The notes beneath the pieces were generated by a model that was not told where the DNA came from, did no database searches, and saw only the letters and a list, made by a program, of their open reading frames with translations. The position numbers and the translations under genes were made by a program. Below are positions 11,065-20,768 of a stretch of 64,000 nucleotides of DNA, in pieces (the stretch's first letter is position 1; every line of letters starts with the position of its first letter). Origin of the DNA: an uncultured Candidatus Babeliaceae bacterium (lineage in GTDB: Bacteria; Babelota; Babeliae; Babelales; Babelaceae); NCBI GenBank assembly GCA_963704655.1, contig OY969927.1, positions 288,001 to 352,000 on the forward strand, read 5' to 3'.

Positions 11065-11958
11065 ATGATGCAGATGTATAAAAAAATATTTTTTTTAATC
11101 GTAGTGTGTGTGTCGCTTTTTCATGCGCGGGATTCTCATGCTCTGGATATGATTTCTTTTATTATGCCCTGTTATAATGCAGACAAATTAGAACATGCGC
11201 TTGCAAGTATTTATCGGCAAAAAATAGATTGCCCGTTTGAAGTTATCTGTTGTGACGATGGCTCGACAGATGATACCTTTAAAAGGCTTTTAAGTTGTAA
11301 GCGAATGTACCCAAATCTTAAAGTGGTTCGCCATGGTACCAATAAAGGTGCCGGCGCTGCAGCAAATACCTGTGTACAATACAGCAAGGGTAAGTGGTTA
11401 TACCGATTAGATTCTGATAATATGTTGCCCGAACCAGAGCTTGAAGTGATTAATAAGTTAGTTGCACTTTTAGAGAGCAGTGGGTGCGATGCGGCTATGG
11501 TTGAAACGATGGTGCTCTTTGAAGGTGACAGAAATATTAAAGCGCTGTGGCGCTATGAATCAGCAAGTGGTATGTGTGACCTTGAACATTGTATTACCGT
11601 GCCACATGATCCTGCAATGTCAGGTAATTTTTTAATGCGCAAAAGTGCCTATCTGCGCGTAGGCGGTTACCCAGAGGATCACGGTTCTGATACCTTTAGA
11701 TTCGGCTTTAAATTATATGCAACCGGTGGCAAAGTGGCGATTTTACGCGGTGCGTGGTACTGGCACTTTTATAACCCACATGGTTACTGGTGGCGCGAAC
11801 AAAAATCAGGTAATAATGACGCTAAAGCGTTGCAGACCGTTATGGAACATAAAGATCTTTTTACACGCACTTCGCAACGGTATTTACATGATGCGCAAAT
11901 GGGAAAAACAACACTATTTTTATTGATACATAATAAATTACTTCAATTAAAAAACTAA
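11065..11958 (+). CDS. Glycosyltransferase family 2 (GT-A) with N-terminal hydrophobic leader
   Basis: ISFIMPCYN, EVICCDDGSTD, NKGAGAAAN, and DSD (DxD) motifs. Confidence 0.9.
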   Translation: MMQMYKKIFFLIVVCVSLFHARDSHALDMISFIMPCYNADKLEHALASIYRQKIDCPFEVICCDDGSTDDTFKRLLSCKRMYPNLKVVRHGTNKGAGAAANTCVQYSKGKWLYRLDSDNMLPEPELEVINKLVALLESSGCDAAMVETMVLFEGDRNIKALWRYESASGMCDLEHCITVPHDPAMSGNFLMRKSAYLRVGGYPEDHGSDTFRFGFKLYATGGKVAILRGAWYWHFYNPHGYWWREQKSGNNDAKALQTVMEHKDLFTRTSQRYLHDAQMGKTTLFLLIHNKLLQLKN

Positions 11959-12046
11959 TAGTATATTTAAAATATAATGCATTATATTGGTATTTTGGTA
12001 AAATGGTTATATAAAAAAATTATAACCATTTTTACCTGAGTACTCT

Positions 12047-12520
12047 ATGAAAACATTGTATTTATTTTTAGTATCTGTAGTAATTTTGAGCATTTCAGCC
12101 ATGCAGCATGAAGAATTTTTTATTGCCCCGACTTTGGAAAATGATAAATTGTCATTGTTTCAAGAAGTATGTGGCCGTAATGATAAAGATTTTCTCTGCA
12201 ATTTACATGATGAAATTGAGCAATTGACTCCGGAGATAAGACAGAAGATAGACGAAGAAATAAACCGGCTAGAATTTCAAGTTGCTGGTTTGTCTGACAA
12301 TAAACCTGCCTTATTGACGGTAAATTCGAAGCTTATGTTTTTTGAGAGAAAACGATTAAATATTTCGATTGCGGCTATTTATGCACAAAATGTTTTAGAG
12401 TTGTATAAGCAATTTCCGTTGTGTGAGAGTAGTGACAACAATGCTAGCTTAATCCAGAGTTCTCTCAAAAATGCTCGTTTAATAATGCTACAAAATAAAT
12501 CTTTGCTTAGATTTTATTAA
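12047..12520 (+). CDS. Hypothetical secreted protein
   Basis: 157-aa ORF with signal-peptide-like N-terminus. Confidence 0.65.
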   Translation: MKTLYLFLVSVVILSISAMQHEEFFIAPTLENDKLSLFQEVCGRNDKDFLCNLHDEIEQLTPEIRQKIDEEINRLEFQVAGLSDNKPALLTVNSKLMFFERKRLNISIAAIYAQNVLELYKQFPLCESSDNNASLIQSSLKNARLIMLQNKSLLRFY

Positions 12521-12522
12521 TA

Positions 12523-12630
12523 TAACGTGAGTTCGATGAAAAGCCTTTTAATTTAAGCAATTTTTGATCCCGTCAGTATCATGGAGCGCTATGTGCTCTA
12601 CTGGTGCGTTTAGCGCACTATTTTCGGGCT
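12523..12630. mobile_element. Truncated MITE copy with one IS982-like end
   Basis: Starts TAACGTGAGTTCGA and shares GT(A/G)TCATGGAGC(G/A)CTATGTGCTCTACT with 25018-25105. Confidence 0.6.
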
Positions 12631-12647
12631 TAATGATGATTAAGATG

Positions 12648-13487
12648 TTAGCGATTGTTTGTAAACTTAAAAAGCGTCTCAGCATTTGCACTGGTGATGC
12701 GTGCAACGTCTTCTATGTTGCTCTGTGTAAGTTCAGCGATATAGTCCGCAATGGTCGCAATCTGTTCAGGTGAATTTGTTTTGCCGCGAATAACTTGTGG
12801 CGGCAAAAATGGCGCATCTGTTTCTAACACAATATGTTCAACACCAACAGTTTTAACAATCTCACGCAATGCATTATTTTTTGGATAGGTCACCGTGCCA
12901 CCAATTCCCAAAAACCATCCCCATGCGGTGACCGCTTGTGCAAATTGCATGTCATTAGAATAACAATGAATCGTTACTCTTTTTAATTGATCTTTATACT
13001 GCTCAAGAACCGCGTAGGTTTCGTCTTGCGCGTCGCGGGTGTGGACGACAAGCGCTTTGTCATAGTGAAGCGCTAGCTCGATTTGTGCCCTAAATAAATC
13101 GATTTGCGCGGTGATGTTATAATCCGGGTAATGTTTATCAAGTCCACATTCGCCAACGCCAACAATTTTTTCATGATGCGACGCAAGAAGATTTTTTAAA
13201 AAGAGAGCATCTTCTTTCCAATTTCCTTGTGCTTCATGAGGGTGTATTCCGACAACGGAGGAGACAGTTTCAAAAAGTTTTGCAATTTCTATTGCTAAAG
13301 CGCTGTCGATTTTAGTGGTGCCAATTTCTATAATATGGGTAACATTCTTGAGTGAGGCTTGATGTAGAATTTTACGAATCTCTTGAATCTCATTGTCTGA
13401 AAATGCGCTTATAGACGTTTTATCGATCATGTGTAAAAGATGGCAGTGGGTGTCGACAAGTTGAAAAGCAGAATCGTATTTTTTCAT
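12648..13487 (-). CDS. tatD: TatD family DNase
   Basis: VDTHCHL, VGIHPH, VGECGLD, VVHTRDA, IHCYS, VLETDAPFL motifs. Confidence 0.95.
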   Translation of the reverse strand: MKKYDSAFQLVDTHCHLLHMIDKTSISAFSDNEIQEIRKILHQASLKNVTHIIEIGTTKIDSALAIEIAKLFETVSSVVGIHPHEAQGNWKEDALFLKNLLASHHEKIVGVGECGLDKHYPDYNITAQIDLFRAQIELALHYDKALVVHTRDAQDETYAVLEQYKDQLKRVTIHCYSNDMQFAQAVTAWGWFLGIGGTVTYPKNNALREIVKTVGVEHIVLETDAPFLPPQVIRGKTNSPEQIATIADYIAELTQSNIEDVARITSANAETLFKFTNNR

Positions 13488-13687
13488 GAAGTTTCTCTTT
13501 ATGTTATAAATTTTTTTTAGTTTTTATTGACAAAGTATTAAATGAAATTAGTATATTTTAGTGGTCATAATAAGCTATGTGTTATATGCAAGTCAATTAA
13601 TACCTAGTTTATCTGATCACAAGCAGTGTTACAAACAAAAAAAATGTGAGTGTGACTCACAATAACCTATATCTCAAGGAGCGTCTT

Positions 13688-13966
13688 ATGAATAAGACTG
13701 AGTTAATAGATTCGTTAAGCGAAGAAACAACTTTCAGCAAAAAAGATATTACTCGTGTACTCGATGCGTTAACACGCATTGTTATGCGTACATTAAAAAA
13801 GGGTAATAAATTACAATGGTCTGGCTTTGGAACATTTTCTTTAGCACAGCGTCCAGAACGTAATGGAATTAATCCTGCTACTAAAGAAAAAATTCGTCTT
13901 CCACAAACGAATGTTCCTAAGTTCAAAGCAGGTAAAAACTTCAAAGAAGCTGTACGCCAAGTTTAA
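13688..13966 (+). CDS. hup: HU family DNA-binding protein
   Basis: MNKTELID...GFGTFS...RNGINPATKEKI...PKFKAGK; AAGGAG RBS before ATG at 13688. Confidence 0.95.
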   Translation: MNKTELIDSLSEETTFSKKDITRVLDALTRIVMRTLKKGNKLQWSGFGTFSLAQRPERNGINPATKEKIRLPQTNVPKFKAGKNFKEAVRQV

Positions 13967-14003
13967 GTAGATGTTGCTTTAAATATCAAGCTTTTACCCT
14001 TTC

Positions 14004-14030
14004 AAAAAGCCGCTTTTATAGCGGCTTTTT
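14004..14030 (+). terminator. Intrinsic terminator after hup
   Basis: AAAAAGCCGCT-ttt-ATAGCGGCTTTTT hairpin. Confidence 0.8.
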
Positions 14031-14032
14031 CT

Positions 14033-14061
14033 TTGCATCTTTCATTTTTTTCAAGTATTCT
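14033..14061 (+). promoter_or_regulatory. Putative sigma70 promoter for serS
   Basis: TTGCAT-17 bp-TATTCT. Confidence 0.45.
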
Positions 14062-14068
14062 TTATGGT

Positions 14069-14211
14069 GTCATTCCGGACCTATAAGTGTCATCCCGGAC
14101 TTGCCTGTCCGCCATAGCCCTTCGGCAAGCTCAGGAGTAAACCCGAGGTGACGGCTGGGATCTGGGATCTTATACGTTAATTAAGAGACCCTGAGACACG
14201 CTCAGGGTGAC
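14069..14211. repeat. Composite, nested REP-like palindrome cluster in the serS leader
   Basis: GTCAT(T/C)CCGGAC twice; 14186-14211 is the exact reverse complement of 15609-15634. Confidence 0.8.
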
Positions 14212-14235
14212 TAGTGAAATTAAGAAAGAGCCTCT

Positions 14236-15474
14236 ATGATAGATTTAGCACTTGTACGTGAAAACCCAGATACGTTTAAGCAATTGATTTTAAAAAAAGA
14301 TCCAGAATTTCCAGTGGATCGTTTTATAGAACTTGAAAAAAAACAGTCCAGTCTAAAACGTGAAATTGAACATCTTCGTTCAGAAAAAAACCGCCTTGCA
14401 AAAGAAGCACAAAAAGGTGTAACTCCAGAAATTCGTCAAGAGTCTCAAAAAATTGGCGCAGAACTTAAAGAAAAAGAATCACTTTTTGAAACTGTTGAAG
14501 CTGAATTTAATAACCTCTATTTACACTGCCCAAACTTGCCAGCAGAAGATATCCCAGTTGGGAATAAAGAGTCTAATAAAGTAGTTAAAGTGGTTGGTGA
14601 ACAACCAACATTTATGTTTGAGCCAAAAAACCATGTTGAATTAGGTAAGCAGCTTGGTTGGTTCGATTTTGAAGCTGCCGCTGCAATGACCGGCAGTAAC
14701 TTTGCCCTTTATAAAGGTGACGCTGTCCGTATGCTCTACTCTTTAACTATGATGATGTTAAATAACAATTCTCAGCACGGCTATAGTCCAGTGCTGCCTC
14801 CCTATTTGGTGACTGAACAATCGTTGACCAATGCAAGTAATTTTCCACGATTTAAAGATAATGTATACAAGGTCAGTGATGAAAATTTGTATTTAACGCC
14901 AACAGCGGAAGTTAATATTACCAATTTGTACCGCGATACCATTTTTGCAGCCCAAGATTTGCCGCAACGCACTACTGCCTGGACAAGCTGTTTCAGAAAA
15001 GAGGCCGGCACCTATGGCGCTACAGAGCGTGGGCTTATTCGTATTCATCAATTTGAAAAGGTTGAGGCTTATACTGTTTGTACGCCAGAACAGGCTCAAG
15101 CTGAACATGAGCGTATGCTTGCATGTGCAGAATCTATTTTGCAAAAATTAGGGTTACATTATCGCGTGAGTCTTTTGGCTGCGCAGGACTGTTCTTTTGC
15201 GGCATTTAAAACGTATGATATTGAGGTCTGGATGCCCGGGCAAAAGGCTTACTATGAAGTTTCATCTTCAAGTAACTGTACCGATTTTCAGGCGCGGCGT
15301 ACGGGTATCCGTTTTAAAAATCAGCCAGCCGATAAGGCCCAATATGCGTATACGCTTAATACATCATCACTTGCAGTTCCGCGATTGATGGTTGCGCTTA
15401 TGGAAACATATCAGCAGGCAGATGGCTCGATAGTTTGGCCGGAGGCACTTAAAAATATTTCGATACAGTTTTAA
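14236..15474 (+). CDS. serS: Serine--tRNA ligase
   Basis: N-terminal coiled-coil arm; LTPTAEV, CFRKEAG, GLIRIHQFEKVE, EVSSSSNCTDFQARR. Confidence 0.97.
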   Translation: MIDLALVRENPDTFKQLILKKDPEFPVDRFIELEKKQSSLKREIEHLRSEKNRLAKEAQKGVTPEIRQESQKIGAELKEKESLFETVEAEFNNLYLHCPNLPAEDIPVGNKESNKVVKVVGEQPTFMFEPKNHVELGKQLGWFDFEAAAAMTGSNFALYKGDAVRMLYSLTMMMLNNNSQHGYSPVLPPYLVTEQSLTNASNFPRFKDNVYKVSDENLYLTPTAEVNITNLYRDTIFAAQDLPQRTTAWTSCFRKEAGTYGATERGLIRIHQFEKVEAYTVCTPEQAQAEHERMLACAESILQKLGLHYRVSLLAAQDCSFAAFKTYDIEVWMPGQKAYYEVSSSSNCTDFQARRTGIRFKNQPADKAQYAYTLNTSSLAVPRLMVALMETYQQADGSIVWPEALKNISIQF

Positions 15475-15492
15475 AACACAGTTTTCATAATC

Positions 15493-15521
15493 AAGCCTTG
15501 CGTTATGTGAGGCTTTTTTTT
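15493..15521 (+). terminator. Intrinsic terminator after serS
   Basis: AAGCCTTGC-gttat-GTGAGGCTT followed by T-run. Confidence 0.6.
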
Positions 15522-15608
15522 CTGGCGTGTGCGTTATTGTATATTCTTTGGTGGCACATCATGTGTCAGCCGAGCGAGTCACAGGCTCTCTTTGGCGTTA
15601 TACCACGT

Positions 15609-15897
15609 GTCACCCTGAGCGTGTCTCAGGGTCTTTTTATTAGATTAAAGACTGACAGGGATATTTTTTTTGTAAAAGCGCTTCCACTTTGGTGAATATG
15701 CTCAAATAATCTTCGCGCAAGATTATTAGTGATACCAATATATAAAGTTCCGTGAGGTTTGTTTGTAAGAATATAAACATAATAAATTTTCATAGTATGA
15801 TTTATTATATTGTTTTTTGTTGTTAAAAAAATATTCTTATCATGAAATACAACATGATGCTTTAAGTTAACAAAGAGACCCTGAGACGCGCTCAGGG
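15609..15897. mobile_element. REP-flanked GIY-YIG cassette remnant
   Basis: Inverted palindromic repeats at 15609-15634 and 15876-15897 bracket a GIY-YIG gene fragment. Confidence 0.65.
15626..15793 (-). pseudogene. Truncated, frameshifted GIY-YIG nuclease (YhbQ/UPF0213-like)
   Basis: MKIYYVYILTNKPHGTLYIGITNNLARRLFEH...AFTKK. An extra A in an A8 run shifts the frame; removing it gives FTKKYPCQSLI followed by stops. The C-terminal half is missing. Confidence 0.85.
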
Positions 15898-16060
15898 AAG
15901 CGGAGTTTATCGTACCGCGTCCGCCATAGCTCGCGAGAGCGCCGGTCGAAACAGAGCACACAATGCCTCATGACATTAATATGCTTCTGCTACGCATTAT
16001 TTTTATAATTATGATATACTTTAACTCAATAAATTTTTTAAACTTAAACTCATATTAATT

Positions 16061-17230
16061 ATGTTATTTAGTTCATCTTGTGACGTTGCGTCATTGTATA
16101 TTCATTGGCCATTTTGCCCCTATAAATGCCATTTTTGTCCCTTTGTAGCACTTGCGTCACATGATGAATACATGGAGCAGTACCATAATGCACTTACTAA
16201 AGAGATTATGCTTTATGGCGACTATGCCCAGAAAGTGCCTATTAAAACAATCTTTTTTGGGGGTGGCACTCCAAGTACGTATCCACCAAAGTTGCTACTT
16301 GACACGTTTGGTATACTAAGAAGTACATTCGAGTTTGACCCTGCGTGTGAGATTACGCTTGAGGTGAATCCTGGAACCGTGACCCCGGAAAAAATACGTG
16401 CCTGGAAAGATGCTGGAATAACAAGATTGAGTATTGGTGTGCAGAGTTTAAATAACGATGTATTAACGTCACTTAATCGGCATCAAAAAGCCGCTGATGT
16501 TTTAGAACTGCTTAAGCAGGCGTCGCCGCATTTTGAAGTTCTTTCAGTTGATTTGATTTTGGGGCTGCCTGGAATTAGTTTTGCTGAATGGCAAGAGCTT
16601 ATAAGAACTGTTGTTACGTGGCCGATTAAGCATCTTTCGGTATATTTTTTGACGGTGCATGAAGATACACCGTTATATTATGGGGTTGCGCGGAAAAAGA
16701 TTCATCTACCAACTGATGATGTGATGGTTGATACGTATCAATGGACGGCACAAGTATTAGAAGAGCATGGTTTTATGCAGTATGAAGTTTCAAATTTTGC
16801 CCGTACTGGTTTTGAATCTCGTCACAATAGTATCTATTGGAAGCGATTGCCTTATAAGGGCTTTGGAATGGGCGCCTGTTCGTTTGATGGCGCATCCCGG
16901 TTTCAGACAGAAAAGAACCTTATGAACTATTTAAAAATAGTTGAGCAGGCAAACTCTATGCAAGAGCTTGAAAAACTTTCTATAGTGGCAGAAACCTTAA
17001 CTGAAAACCAAGTTTGGATTGAAGAGCTTATGTTGGGCCTTCGTCAAAAAAATGGCATTGCCTGGCAGGTAATTCAGGTAAAGCTACCAATAGAAAAGCA
17101 AGCTTTTTTTAAAAATAAGATTGCTGAATTTGTTGCATTGGGATACGTCGTGGATGATCAGCAGCGGTTTTGGCTCACTACATTAGGGCGCGCAGTAGAA
17201 AATGAAATTGTAGTTGCACTCTTGCAGTAG
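16061..17230 (+). CDS. hemW: Radical SAM heme chaperone HemW (HemN-like)
   Basis: LYIHWPFCPYKCHFC, FFGGGTPS, EITLEVNP, YEVSNFA, HNSIYW. Confidence 0.9.
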   Translation: MLFSSSCDVASLYIHWPFCPYKCHFCPFVALASHDEYMEQYHNALTKEIMLYGDYAQKVPIKTIFFGGGTPSTYPPKLLLDTFGILRSTFEFDPACEITLEVNPGTVTPEKIRAWKDAGITRLSIGVQSLNNDVLTSLNRHQKAADVLELLKQASPHFEVLSVDLILGLPGISFAEWQELIRTVVTWPIKHLSVYFLTVHEDTPLYYGVARKKIHLPTDDVMVDTYQWTAQVLEEHGFMQYEVSNFARTGFESRHNSIYWKRLPYKGFGMGACSFDGASRFQTEKNLMNYLKIVEQANSMQELEKLSIVAETLTENQVWIEELMLGLRQKNGIAWQVIQVKLPIEKQAFFKNKIAEFVALGYVVDDQQRFWLTTLGRAVENEIVVALLQ

Positions 17231-17265
17231 AAAAATAATTATAACCACAAGATTAAAGGATAGTC

Positions 17266-17727
17266 ATGGCAAAAAACGTAGGCATTAAGTTGCCAGAAGA
17301 TCTGGTAAAGATACTTAAGCAGGAAAAGACCGTTGCGATTTTGGCAACTTTTTCTGAAAAAGGGCTCCCGCATACTACCCCTATTCAATGTGTTTATCCA
17401 AAAGGGCTTGAAAGTATTTTAATGACCATTAATAAAGAGCATATTGGCTACCACAATATGGTTTGGCAAAAAAAAGTTATGCTCTGTTTTCTTGATGAAG
17501 GCAACGTTGCTTATAGCATTTTGGGACGTGCTGGCGTAGTTCGCGCACCTTCTTTGGTTCATCCGCTTATGAACGTTGTGCGTATTGATATTATTGATAT
17601 CAAGTGTGACCGATCAATTGTTACCCGTGTTGATTCTGGCGTCCGTTGGAGTTATACTTCTTCAGAAGCAGAAGAATTATCAGTTGCGTTAATGGATGAG
17701 CTTAAGGAGCTTGCACGTACGTTATAA
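17266..17727 (+). CDS. Pyridoxamine 5'-phosphate oxidase-like (split-barrel) protein
   Basis: LPEDLVKILKQEKTVAILATFSEKGLPHTTPI N-terminus typical of the family. Confidence 0.7.
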   Translation: MAKNVGIKLPEDLVKILKQEKTVAILATFSEKGLPHTTPIQCVYPKGLESILMTINKEHIGYHNMVWQKKVMLCFLDEGNVAYSILGRAGVVRAPSLVHPLMNVVRIDIIDIKCDRSIVTRVDSGVRWSYTSSEAEELSVALMDELKELARTL

Positions 17728-17738
17728 GGAGCTACTTG

Positions 17739-18824
17739 ATGAACAAAAAAAAGTTTGTATATATTGGATTATTACTACCGTTAGTTTGCAGGGCGCAGGA
17801 GCAAGAAGCTCCTGCTCCGGTACTTTCACGCAAGGCTGATGAACAAGAAATGGTCGCTTTGCAACCAGATGTTGGGGTATCAGAAGATCTTAAAAATCAG
17901 CAAGCCAGTGGTGAACAAGCCGAGGGTCTGGAAGATGAGAGTCTGGATGACGAGCAGGATGACGAAGGTCAGGATGACTCGTCAGAATCAGACATAGATT
18001 TAACCGAGTCCCCTGAGTATGCGCGGGGTAACTGGTATGAAAAACAACAGACACTTAAACAGGCCCATGATGTTTACCAAGAGGTTCGTCAAAAAGAGGC
18101 TGGTGTCGCTCAGTTTGAAACTACGTTTATCACTAAGAAAAATGAGTTGACCAACAAGTTTGAAGAGTTTTCACAGTCGTTAAACGTTGCTTTGCCGAGT
18201 TTACATAAGGCCATTGTTGACGAGCTTGAAAAGCTTGAGGCTATACCTAAACCCACTGGGCAATTAACGCAAGAAGAACGTATTAAAATTACGCAGGATC
18301 AAGAAACAAAGAATGTTCTTACGCAGTTGAAAAAAGATCTTGATGCGATAACTGAACTATATAAAGCAGCAGACCAAGCTATGGTTGTTCTTATGCAACA
18401 AATTACCGCGACTCATAATTTCGAACAAAAAGCATTTGAATCGTACGAAAAAATTGCACAGGTACTGAGTGACCAAGTAGCTAAGCAGCTTTATGCAGAG
18501 ATAGTAGCCGCGCGTGAAAATATATCCGGAATTGCTGAGTATATTAAGGGTGATTTTTCACGTTATTTTGATGAGCTATCTGAAAATATTACAAAATCTA
18601 TTACCTTGGTGCATCAACAGCTTGCGACATTGAAAGAGCGTGGATTGGATCTCACCAAAACGCATGATGAAAAAATTGTTGAGGTAAAGGTGGTTGTACC
18701 TGAGCCGGCAAAGCCATCGCAAAGTTATTTTAGTACATTCATTTCTGGCGTCTATAATTTTTGGTTCGCTTTAGCGAACTACTTTGTGGGAATTTGGCGC
18801 TGGTTTGTAGGATTTTTTGCGTAA
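17739..18824 (+). CDS. Hypothetical exported coiled-coil protein
   Basis: Signal peptide, acidic tract, long helical region, aromatic C-terminal helix. Confidence 0.75.
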   Translation: MNKKKFVYIGLLLPLVCRAQEQEAPAPVLSRKADEQEMVALQPDVGVSEDLKNQQASGEQAEGLEDESLDDEQDDEGQDDSSESDIDLTESPEYARGNWYEKQQTLKQAHDVYQEVRQKEAGVAQFETTFITKKNELTNKFEEFSQSLNVALPSLHKAIVDELEKLEAIPKPTGQLTQEERIKITQDQETKNVLTQLKKDLDAITELYKAADQAMVVLMQQITATHNFEQKAFESYEKIAQVLSDQVAKQLYAEIVAARENISGIAEYIKGDFSRYFDELSENITKSITLVHQQLATLKERGLDLTKTHDEKIVEVKVVVPEPAKPSQSYFSTFISGVYNFWFALANYFVGIWRWFVGFFA

Positions 18825-18855
18825 AAGGTGAGCGTTAAATTTTCGATGATTTTAT

Positions 18856-18884
18856 TTGCAAGAATAAAGGTTATCTGGTACATT
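18856..18884 (+). promoter_or_regulatory. Putative sigma70 promoter for tRNA-Leu/secD
   Basis: TTGCAA-17 bp-TACATT. Confidence 0.5.
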
Positions 18885-18957
18885 TAATGACATGTAAATC
18901 CCCAAGTCTTTGCTTATTCAGGCCTACAGGCTTGGCAAGCTTCTACGGGGCTAACGC

Positions 18958-19043
18958 GCGGAAGTGGTGAAATGGTATACACGCAGCCTTGAGGTGGCTG
19001 TGGGAGAAATCCCGTGGGGGTTCGAGTCCCTTCTTCCGCACCA
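18958..19043 (+). tRNA. tRNA-Leu(GAG)
   Basis: GCGGAAG/CTTCCGC acceptor stem, anticodon arm CAGCC-TTGAGGT-GGCTG, long variable arm, GGTTCGAGTCC, encoded CCA. Confidence 0.95.
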
Positions 19044-19245
19044 TCCTGCACTTATCCGGGCGTAAACGCTCGGCAAGTTTCGGATGGCAGGCCAGTTTAC
19101 GTTTCTTCTCAACCTGCTACTTTGATTATGTTCAGTAATGGGGCCCGCGCCGCTCGTGGTGAGCGAAGTCGAATCCATGGCGAAGGCCGGGTGAAAGTGT
19201 TAGCGAAAATAAGTTATTCTTACAAACAAAAAAAGGGTTTTGAGT

Positions 19246-20652
19246 ATGACAGTTTCTTTAAAAAGAGTTCTATTTTCCCAGTTGGGCGTTTGGTTTTTAA
19301 TCACGCTTTTTGGGGTCTATTTTCTCCTGAATTTACGACAAAATTTAAACTTTGGTATCGATCTTGTAGGTGGAACCTATATAACACTTGAAGTAAAAAC
19401 AGATTTATTACTTGAGCATGAACAGGCGTTGCGTGGCAAAGAGGGCAAACCCCTTAATGATCGCGAAAAGCAAGAAGTTGTAAGAAATGCAGTTCATGAC
19501 AATATCGAAGTTCTGCGTTCACGTTTAGATAAATCGGGTGTTGGCGAAGTAACTATCGCGGCACATGGTGACAAAAATATATTGATTGAACTTCCTAATG
19601 TGCATAATCCTGAACAAGCAAAGGCTATGATCGGCAAATCTGCATTATTAGAAGTTAAACTTGTTGAAGATTCAGCTAGTTCAGAAGAAGAGCTTTTAGA
19701 AAAATATAAAGGTAAACTTCCTGATGATAAAATCATTGTTAAAGAGATCAGAAACCGTGGTTACAGCGCTCAACCAATGGCAACCTATCATGTTGTAGCT
19801 AAATTTACCGATCTTACGGGTAAATTATTAAAAACGGCACAAGCTCGTTTAAGTGATGCGAAAAGTCTTTCAATTGCGCCGGTTATTGCTTTTGAATTTA
19901 AACCAGAAGGTGCTGAAAAGTTTTACCAACTTACAAAGAAAAATGTAGGTAAATCGATTGCTCTTATTCTTGATAATGAAGTTATTACCGCTCCTCGAGT
20001 TAATGAGCCTATTAATGGTTCTGGTCAAATTAGCGGTGACTTTGATATGCAAGAGGCAAAAGATATTGCACTTATGTTGCGTACCGGTGCTTTTACCGCT
20101 CCAGTTCAGATTGTTGAAGAACGTCACATTGGGCCATCTTTAGGTGAGGCTGCAATTTCACAAGGGCTCACTTCATGCCTTATTGGCTTGGCTCTGTTAT
20201 TCCTGTTCAGTATAATCTTTTATAAAGTTGCTGGCCTTTTTGCTTTTATCGTATTATTGTACAATTTATTGCTGATACTTTTTGCTCTTTCTTGGTTCCA
20301 AGCGGCGCTTACGCTTCCTGGTATTGCTGGGATAGTGTTGAGTATCGGTATGGCAATTGATGCTTCAATTTTAATTTATGAGCGTATCAAAGAGGTCCTG
20401 GCAAGTGGGGCATCTCTCAAAAAAGCTGTTGATGAAGGCTTTTCCGGTGCACTTACGGTAATTTTAGATGCTAATATTACCCACTTTATCGTTGCGGTTG
20501 TATTATACTATCTTGGTGCTGGCCCTATTCAAGGTTTTGCTGTAACCATGATTATTGGTATCATTGCAACGTTGTTGACCGGGATACTCTTATTACGTGC
20601 TATTTTTGAATTTTATACCTCAGTTTTAGGTATACAAAAAATTTCAATTTAG
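19246..20652 (+). CDS. secD: Protein translocase subunit SecD
   Basis: NFGIDLVGG, IGPSLG, LTLPGIAGIVLSIGMAIDASILIYERIKE, ILDANIT, GPIQGFAVT. Confidence 0.95.
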   Translation: MTVSLKRVLFSQLGVWFLITLFGVYFLLNLRQNLNFGIDLVGGTYITLEVKTDLLLEHEQALRGKEGKPLNDREKQEVVRNAVHDNIEVLRSRLDKSGVGEVTIAAHGDKNILIELPNVHNPEQAKAMIGKSALLEVKLVEDSASSEEELLEKYKGKLPDDKIIVKEIRNRGYSAQPMATYHVVAKFTDLTGKLLKTAQARLSDAKSLSIAPVIAFEFKPEGAEKFYQLTKKNVGKSIALILDNEVITAPRVNEPINGSGQISGDFDMQEAKDIALMLRTGAFTAPVQIVEERHIGPSLGEAAISQGLTSCLIGLALLFLFSIIFYKVAGLFAFIVLLYNLLLILFALSWFQAALTLPGIAGIVLSIGMAIDASILIYERIKEVLASGASLKKAVDEGFSGALTVILDANITHFIVAVVLYYLGAGPIQGFAVTMIIGIIATLLTGILLLRAIFEFYTSVLGIQKISI

Positions 20653-20664
20653 TATAATATACGT

Positions 20665-20731
20665 GTCACCATGGACTCGTTTCAGAGTCTCTTTATTAGC
20701 GAATAAGATGCTGAACCACGTTCAGCATGAC
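20665..20731. repeat. Inverted REP doublet (BIME-like)
   Basis: GTCACCATGGACTCGTTTCAGAGTCT ... AGATGCTGAACCACGTTCAGCATGAC, same family as 15609. Confidence 0.7.
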
Positions 20732-20768
20732 AATGCGGACAAGTAGGTATTGAAATAAAGTTTTATGT

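Noticed and set aside
14062-14235. T-box riboswitch upstream of serS
   Set aside because: No T-box antiterminator consensus; the structure is explained by dispersed REP families
15794-15961. N-terminal extension of the 111-aa ORF
   Set aside because: Reads through REP sequence; GIY-YIG similarity starts only at ATG 15793
18951-19391. ORFs 18951-19178 (-) and 19014-19391 (+)
   Set aside because: They overlap tRNA-Leu, REP hairpins and the secD start; spurious
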